Source: Solirubrobacterales bacterium (GTDB taxonomy: Bacteria; Actinomycetota; Thermoleophilia; Solirubrobacterales; Solirubrobacteraceae). From it: a stretch of DNA of 64,000 bases. Below are positions 59,143-64,000 of this stretch, one piece after another. The DNA is taken from the NCBI GenBank assembly GCA_003244205.1, contig QHBW01000089.1, forward strand, positions 49 to 64,048. The letters run 5' to 3'. The position numbers were made by a program, and so were the translations under genes. Positions within the stretch are counted from its first letter, which is position 1, and every line of letters starts with the position of its first letter. The notes below the pieces were generated by a model, which saw nothing but the letters and a program-made list of their open reading frames with translations, was not told the DNA's origin and did no database searches.

Positions 59143-61386
59143 ATGGGGGAGCTATGGAAGGCACCGCGAGCGTGTCGGGCACTGCTCGCGGCTGCTTTCT
59201 TCCTTGGCCCCGTTGGCCTCGGGGCGGCGGTGGCCCCGCCGGCGACCGCCGCTTGGAGCCCCCAGGCCCCCGCCTACGGGATCGCAAGCCAAACCAACCA
59301 GGCGATCACCGCGAGCGACGGCACGGTGCTGCGGGCCGATGTCTACTACCCGACCGACCCTAAGACGGGCAAGGCGGCTACGGGTCCCTTCCCGGTCATT
59401 CTCAGCCAGACGCCTTACGGCAAGGAGGCGGCCTCCGCCGGCGGATCGACGCTCGGCGAGCTCGCGGGCTACGCCCCCTACCTGATCCAGCGCGGCTACA
59501 TCCAGGTGATCGCCGACGTGCGCGGCACCGGCGGCTCGCAGGGCACGTGGGGACTCTTCGATCCCGTGCAGGGGACCGACGGCGCGACGCTCGTGGATTG
59601 GTCCTCCAAGCTCGCGCATGCCAACGGCACGGTCGGGCTGCTGGGCGCTTCCTATCTCGGCATCGACCAGTTTGCGACCACGGTCGATGCCGGACCGCAT
59701 TCACCGGTGAAGGCGATGTTCCCGATCATCTCCGGCAATGACCTCTACCGCGACGTCGCCTACGCGGGCGGCCTTGTTGACATCGAGTTCGGCGGCTTCT
59801 ACCTCGGCCTGACTGGATCGCTGAACATCGTCAATCCCCTAGTCGAGGGCAACAGCGACGTGCCCACAGCGCTCGCCCAGCACGTCGGCGACCTCGCCTC
59901 ATTCGACGCCGCCTTCGTCGCGAGCGCGCTGAGCGGCGGCGACCAGGCCTACGACCAGGCTTACTGGCAGGCGCGCAACCCGGTCAACGAGATCCAGCAG
60001 ATCGCCGACGACGGGGTCCCCGCATTCCTTGTCGGCGGCTGGTATGACCTCTTTCAGCGCGGCGAGCTGCTCAACTACTCGAGCTTCCAGAACGCCTACT
60101 CCCACCGGCCGGTGCTGGCGCCGATGAGCCCGACCCAGCCGGTCACCCCGCGCTACCAGCTGATCCAGGGTCCTTGGTATCACGTCACCGCGGGGATGGG
60201 CCTCGACTACCGCGGTCTCAACCTCGACGGGGTCGAGCTGGCGTGGTTCGACCACTGGATGAAGGGCGTCTCCACCGGCGTGGATAGCTGGAATCAGCCA
60301 CTTCACCTTTACGACCTCGCGACCAACAAGTACACAGACGCCTCGCGCTACCCGCTCGATCAGGCAACGCCGACCACCTTTCACCTGAACAACAGCGGCA
60401 CGCTCACCCAGCAGGCGCCGTCCGCCACGCAGGGCGCCGATACGCTCGCCTTCTCGGGGCAGATCCCCTGCACCAGCGGGACCGAGCAGTGGGCGGCGGG
60501 GCTGGGGCCGCTGGTGTTCTCCTTCTTCGGGCTGGCCGACCCGTGCACTCAAAGCGTCAACCTCTCCCAGCTCGGGCCGGGGACCCAGAGCTACACGACG
60601 GCGCCGTTCAGCCAGCCGACGACGCTCGCCGGGCCGGTGGGCGCGACGCTGTACGCGAGCGCAAACACGATTGACAGCGAATGGGTCGTCCAGCTCTCCG
60701 ACGTCGCCCCCAACGGCAACGCGACCGCGCTGACCTCCGGTCTGCTCGATGGACAGCTGCGTGCGCTGGACCCGACGAAGACGTGGAACGCCGCCGACGG
60801 TCTGCCGCTGCTGCCCTATCACCCCTACACCAAGGCGTCACAGGCGGCCGTCACACCAGGCAAGGTCGAGCGCTATGACGTCGAGGTGTTCCCCGTGTTC
60901 GACACGCTGCAAGCGGGTCATCGACTGAGGGTGACGATCGCGACCTCCGACTTCCCGCACGCGTTGCCAGACGCAGCGCAGCTGCCCGGCCTGCTCGGCG
61001 GCGTCTACCAGCTACAGCGCAGCTCGGCCTACCCTTCGAGCGTCGAGCTACCGCTCGCTGATCCGGCGTCGTTCCGCGCAAGCGGATCGGCTGGCGGTTG
61101 CATCGATCGGCGCGGGTTCACTTACACGCTGCACCACGGCCGCGGAGCTCGGGTGGTCAAGGTCGAGCTCTTCGTCAACGGGAAGCTGCGCCTGCTGCGC
61201 CGCGGTCACGCGCTCAGGACGATCCGCATCAAGCGACCGCCGCTCGGCGTCTTCACCGTGCGCATCATCAACTTTCAGAGCAACGGCGCGCGGATCACGA
61301 GCACACGCATCTACCGCGGCTGCGCGCAGGGCAGGACCGTCAACAGGACGCACCACGCGAAGCGATCGCGCGGTCGCGGCCGCTGA
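59143..61386 (+). CDS. secreted CocE/NonD-family hydrolase (peptidase S15, X-Pro dipeptidyl-peptidase-like) with extra C-terminal module
   Basis: ORF 59143..61386. It has a signal peptide, LSQTPYGK, ADVRGTGGSQG and the nucleophile GLLGASYLG. The C-terminal 95 aa are unrelated to the family. Confidence 0.85.
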   Translation: MGELWKAPRACRALLAAAFFLGPVGLGAAVAPPATAAWSPQAPAYGIASQTNQAITASDGTVLRADVYYPTDPKTGKAATGPFPVILSQTPYGKEAASAGGSTLGELAGYAPYLIQRGYIQVIADVRGTGGSQGTWGLFDPVQGTDGATLVDWSSKLAHANGTVGLLGASYLGIDQFATTVDAGPHSPVKAMFPIISGNDLYRDVAYAGGLVDIEFGGFYLGLTGSLNIVNPLVEGNSDVPTALAQHVGDLASFDAAFVASALSGGDQAYDQAYWQARNPVNEIQQIADDGVPAFLVGGWYDLFQRGELLNYSSFQNAYSHRPVLAPMSPTQPVTPRYQLIQGPWYHVTAGMGLDYRGLNLDGVELAWFDHWMKGVSTGVDSWNQPLHLYDLATNKYTDASRYPLDQATPTTFHLNNSGTLTQQAPSATQGADTLAFSGQIPCTSGTEQWAAGLGPLVFSFFGLADPCTQSVNLSQLGPGTQSYTTAPFSQPTTLAGPVGATLYASANTIDSEWVVQLSDVAPNGNATALTSGLLDGQLRALDPTKTWNAADGLPLLPYHPYTKASQAAVTPGKVERYDVEVFPVFDTLQAGHRLRVTIATSDFPHALPDAAQLPGLLGGVYQLQRSSAYPSSVELPLADPASFRASGSAGGCIDRRGFTYTLHHGRGARVVKVELFVNGKLRLLRRGHALRTIRIKRPPLGVFTVRIINFQSNGARITSTRIYRGCAQGRTVNRTHHAKRSRGRGR

Positions 61387-61391
61387 GCGAC

Positions 61392-61766
61392 TCAGCGGCG
61401 CTCGAGCACGAACACCGGGATGTCGCGGTCGGTCTTGGCGCGATAGTCGTCAAAGCCGGCGTACTGCTCGTTCATCCGCCGCCACAGCTCGACGCGCTCC
61501 TCTCCCTCCGCGAGGCACGCGTGCGCCGCGCGACGCTCTGCGCGGACCTGCACGTCGGCGTCGGGGTTCGCCTGGAGGTTGAGCGCCCACGCTGGCGGGC
61601 GCTTGTTGCCGGCGTTGGATCCGATCACAATGAGGCGCGCGCCGTCGGAGAGATAGAGCACCGGCGCAGTGCGAGGTTGCCCCGACTTGCGTCCCGTGGT
61701 CTTCAGCAGGAGAACCGGGGCACGGCCGACCTTGCCCATCAAGCGCCCGCGGGTCAAGCGGTACAC
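61392..61766 (-). CDS. deazaflavin (F420)-dependent nitroreductase family protein (Ddn-like, PF04075)
   Basis: ORF 61392..61766. VLLLKTTGRKSGQPRTAPVLY...GSNAGNKRPPAWALNLQANP is present. Confidence 0.8.
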   Translation of the reverse strand: MYRLTRGRLMGKVGRAPVLLLKTTGRKSGQPRTAPVLYLSDGARLIVIGSNAGNKRPPAWALNLQANPDADVQVRAERRAAHACLAEGEERVELWRRMNEQYAGFDDYRAKTDRDIPVFVLERR

Positions 61767-61859
61767 CGGGACGTTGAGCTTGCCGCTGAGGCGAAGCCCG
61801 GCGCCGGCAGCGCCATGGTGAAGCGGGCGTAAGCGCGATCGCTGGGCACGGCGAGCAGA

Positions 61860-62813
61860 CTAGGGCTTGCGCGCGCAGAAGGTGGGGAAAGTGCCGCAGC
61901 GCGCCACAACCGGACTGACTTGCGCGATCTGGCGCCGTGTACGCTTCGTGATCAGCTTGCCGTAGCGACGGTCGACTTCGTCGGAGCGCTCTGAATAGAC
62001 AGCCTGGACGTGATCCCAGGTCGGCAGCGTCGCCTCGTGGATGTCCTCGTGCTCGAGTAGCTGGAATCCCTGGGCGGTGAATTGCGCCGGCCAATCGACG
62101 ATGAGCTCGCTGCCGGTGTGGTAGAGGAGGGCACGCAGCGCGCGGTCCTCCTTGCGCGTCGGTGCCTCGGTGAACGCCAGATCGGAGAAGCCGACGTGCC
62201 CTCCGGGGCGCAGCACCCGCCACAGCTCGGCCACCAGTCGGTCCTTGGCGGCCTCAGTGACGCAGATGTCCCCGGCGACCTCGAGACAGACGATCGCGTC
62301 GAAGCTGTCGTCTGGGAAGTCGAGCGCCAGCGCGTTGCCGTAGCGGATCTCGACGCGATCGGCGAGTCCCTCGGCGCCAACGAGCCCGCGCCCCTGACGC
62401 ACCTGCTCACGGCTCGCGTTGATGCCGGTGACGTGGCAGTCGCGGGTGCGCGCGATCCGGATCGCGGGCTCGCCGATGCCGCAGCCGAGATCGAGCACAC
62501 GCGCCCCGGGCTCGATCCTCGCGAGCTCGGTGACGAGGTCGGTATGGGCGCGCAGGGCCTCGCAGAGCGTCTCCTGGCCCGTCGGGAAGTAGCCGAGATG
62601 GAAGCTGTCGCCAAAAAACAGGCGGCCGTCGTCGGTGACGAGGTCGAAGTACGCGCCCACCCCGGCCACCGTGCGCCGGCGGCGCAGCAGCAACGGCAGC
62701 TGGGAGCGGACCATCGCCGAGGCCTTCCTGCTCCACTCGCGCGCTGTCAGTCGCGCCGCGTGGCCGAGCTCGGCCACGTTCGCGCTTGATCCAGCATCCG
62801 AGCCCACGGCCAT
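61860..62813 (-). CDS. class I SAM-dependent methyltransferase
   Basis: ORF 61860..62813. It has motif I VLDLGCGIGEP and motif II FDAIVCLE. The start may be the internal MVRSQ. Confidence 0.8.
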   Translation of the reverse strand: MAVGSDAGSSANVAELGHAARLTAREWSRKASAMVRSQLPLLLRRRRTVAGVGAYFDLVTDDGRLFFGDSFHLGYFPTGQETLCEALRAHTDLVTELARIEPGARVLDLGCGIGEPAIRIARTRDCHVTGINASREQVRQGRGLVGAEGLADRVEIRYGNALALDFPDDSFDAIVCLEVAGDICVTEAAKDRLVAELWRVLRPGGHVGFSDLAFTEAPTRKEDRALRALLYHTGSELIVDWPAQFTAQGFQLLEHEDIHEATLPTWDHVQAVYSERSDEVDRRYGKLITKRTRRQIAQVSPVVARCGTFPTFCARKP

Positions 62814-62915
62814 GGCAGCTCCTTCCTTCGTTCCCGCTACCCCTTCGGGAACGTCGAGTGGTCGAGTTGGCAGGTACGCCGGGTCGTCATCCTCCGAGCC
62901 TCGGCGGCCGACAAG

Positions 62916-63290
62916 CTAATGGCTTTTGTGTAAGGGCGGCGTTAAGGAGAGCTGCTTGGCGCCGGCGCCGGTTGGCGGCGGGTAGCCGGCGCTCGGGCAC
63001 AGGGCGCGGAGGCGGTCGCCCAGTTGACCGCCGACAGCGCCGGCGTACGCCGAGGCGCACTGCTGCGCGGCCTGCGAGCCACAGAGGTGGACGGTCTCGG
63101 CGCCCAGCGTGCCAGCGACCGTCGCCTCGATGCAGCCGGCTCGTGTCGCGCTCCCCGGTTGTGCGGCGAGCACGACCGCGACCGTGGCGGCGGCGACGAG
63201 GGCGCAGAGGAGCAGTGCGATAACGCGTCGGTCGCGCCGCTGCAGCGGCCGGGGAGCGTTGAGCCGCTGCCAATGACGCTCCATCACCAT
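62916..63290 (-). CDS. hypothetical signal-anchored Cys-containing protein (124 aa)
   Basis: ORF 62916..63290. It has the TM VIALLLCALVAAATVAVVLAA and 4 Cys in the ectodomain. Confidence 0.45.
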   Translation of the reverse strand: MVMERHWQRLNAPRPLQRRDRRVIALLLCALVAAATVAVVLAAQPGSATRAGCIEATVAGTLGAETVHLCGSQAAQQCASAYAGAVGGQLGDRLRALCPSAGYPPPTGAGAKQLSLTPPLHKSH

Positions 63291-63353
63291 GGAGCTTGTG
63301 CACTCTACGTGCGTTACGTGGACGGCTCGCTCGCTGCGCTAGATTCGCCTCGC

Positions 63354-64000
63354 ATGGGGAGCGCTGGCGACGACGGCGAGCTGCTGCGCCGCTACGCCGA
63401 GCTGATCGTCGGCTTCGGCGCCAACGTCCAGCGCGGGCAGATCGTCGCGATCTCCACGGAGCCCGGCAAGGAGGCGTTGACGCGCGCGCTCGCCGCGGCC
63501 GCGTACCGCGCCGGGGCGAGCTTCGTCGACGTCAACTCCTTCGACACGTATGTGAAGCGGGCACGCATCGAGTTCTCCGAGGAGGAGTTCCTCGAGGTGG
63601 TGCCCTCGTGGTACGGCGAGCGGATGCTCGCGCTGGGCGAGCAGCGCTGTGCGCGCATCGGCTTGACAGGACCGGCCGCGCCGGGGCTGCTCGACGACCT
63701 CGATCCCGAGCGCACGGGGCGCGACCGGCTGCCCTTCATCGCCGAGGCGGTGACGGTCGTCAACGCGCGGACCACCAACTGGACGGCCGCGTCCTGTCCG
63801 ACGCCTGAGTGGGCTCAGTTGGTCCATCCCTCGCTGTCGGCCGAGGACGCGCTGGCGCGGCTGTGGGAGCAGATCGCGCACGTCTGCCGTCTCGACGAGG
63901 AGGACCCCGTCGCGGCTTGGCGGTCGCGCATGGATCGGGTGGGAGCGGCCGCAGCTGCTCTGGACGAGCGGCGCTTCGAGGCGCTGCACTTCGCCGGGCC
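63354..64000 (+). CDS. aminopeptidase, M29 (AmpS/PepS) family, N-terminal part; runs off the window
   Basis: Absent from the track because it is open-ended. My translation from ATG 63354 gives MGSAGDDGELLRRYAELIVGFGANVQRGQIVAISTEPGKEALTRALAAAAYRAGASFVDV..., which is typical of M29 aminopeptidases. Confidence 0.8.
   Translation, partial: MGSAGDDGELLRRYAELIVGFGANVQRGQIVAISTEPGKEALTRALAAAAYRAGASFVDVNSFDTYVKRARIEFSEEEFLEVVPSWYGERMLALGEQRCARIGLTGPAAPGLLDDLDPERTGRDRLPFIAEAVTVVNARTTNWTAASCPTPEWAQLVHPSLSAEDALARLWEQIAHVCRLDEEDPVAAWRSRMDRVGAAAAALDERRFEALHFAG

Overview
Very GC-rich, roughly 70% by eye (not computed). Codon bias and protein families point to an actinobacterial-type chromosome, possibly Thermoleophilia-like; that placement is inference. 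Many long Arg/Pro/Ala-rich ORFs in the six-frame track are shadow frames. I kept only frames with recognisable family motifs or clean GC3 bias. The window holds about 65 genes, mostly housekeeping and accessory metabolism: gpsA, glycerate kinase, a Prim-PolC/LigC-like repair pair, purH, acetoacetyl-CoA synthetase, an omega-aminotransferase plus aldehyde dehydrogenase pair, a desaturase, DUF47-Pit, folE2, pgsA, clpP, fdhD, several SDRs, F420-type enzymes and one two-component system. There are four tRNA genes: Glu-UUC, Lys-UUU, Tyr-GUA and Thr-GGU. The strongest finding is that tRNA-Lys(UUU) at 16090-16404 is split in its anticodon loop by a 242-nt group I intron. Other points worth a second look: (1) three toxin-antitoxin-like operons, each with a 4-nt stop/start overlap (ATGA, TTGA, CTGA). 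(2) G-rich tandem repeats: 13 bp x7 fused to the 3' end of tRNA-Tyr, and 9 bp x6 encoding a (PQP)n tail on a TetR regulator. (3) An orphan replication-relaxation plus type IV coupling protein pair. (4) Two paralogous lipoproteins with a conserved acidic C-terminal motif beside a GT-C-like membrane protein. (5) A roughly 75-aa Cys-bracketed C-terminal module shared by two unrelated secreted hydrolases. (6) Gene decay: a head-to-head truncation junction near 8700, single-base frameshifts in G runs, and fragments at 56.3-57.6 kb. No rRNA, CRISPR array, transposase or integrase was seen. Coordinates worked out by hand may be off by 1-2 nt.
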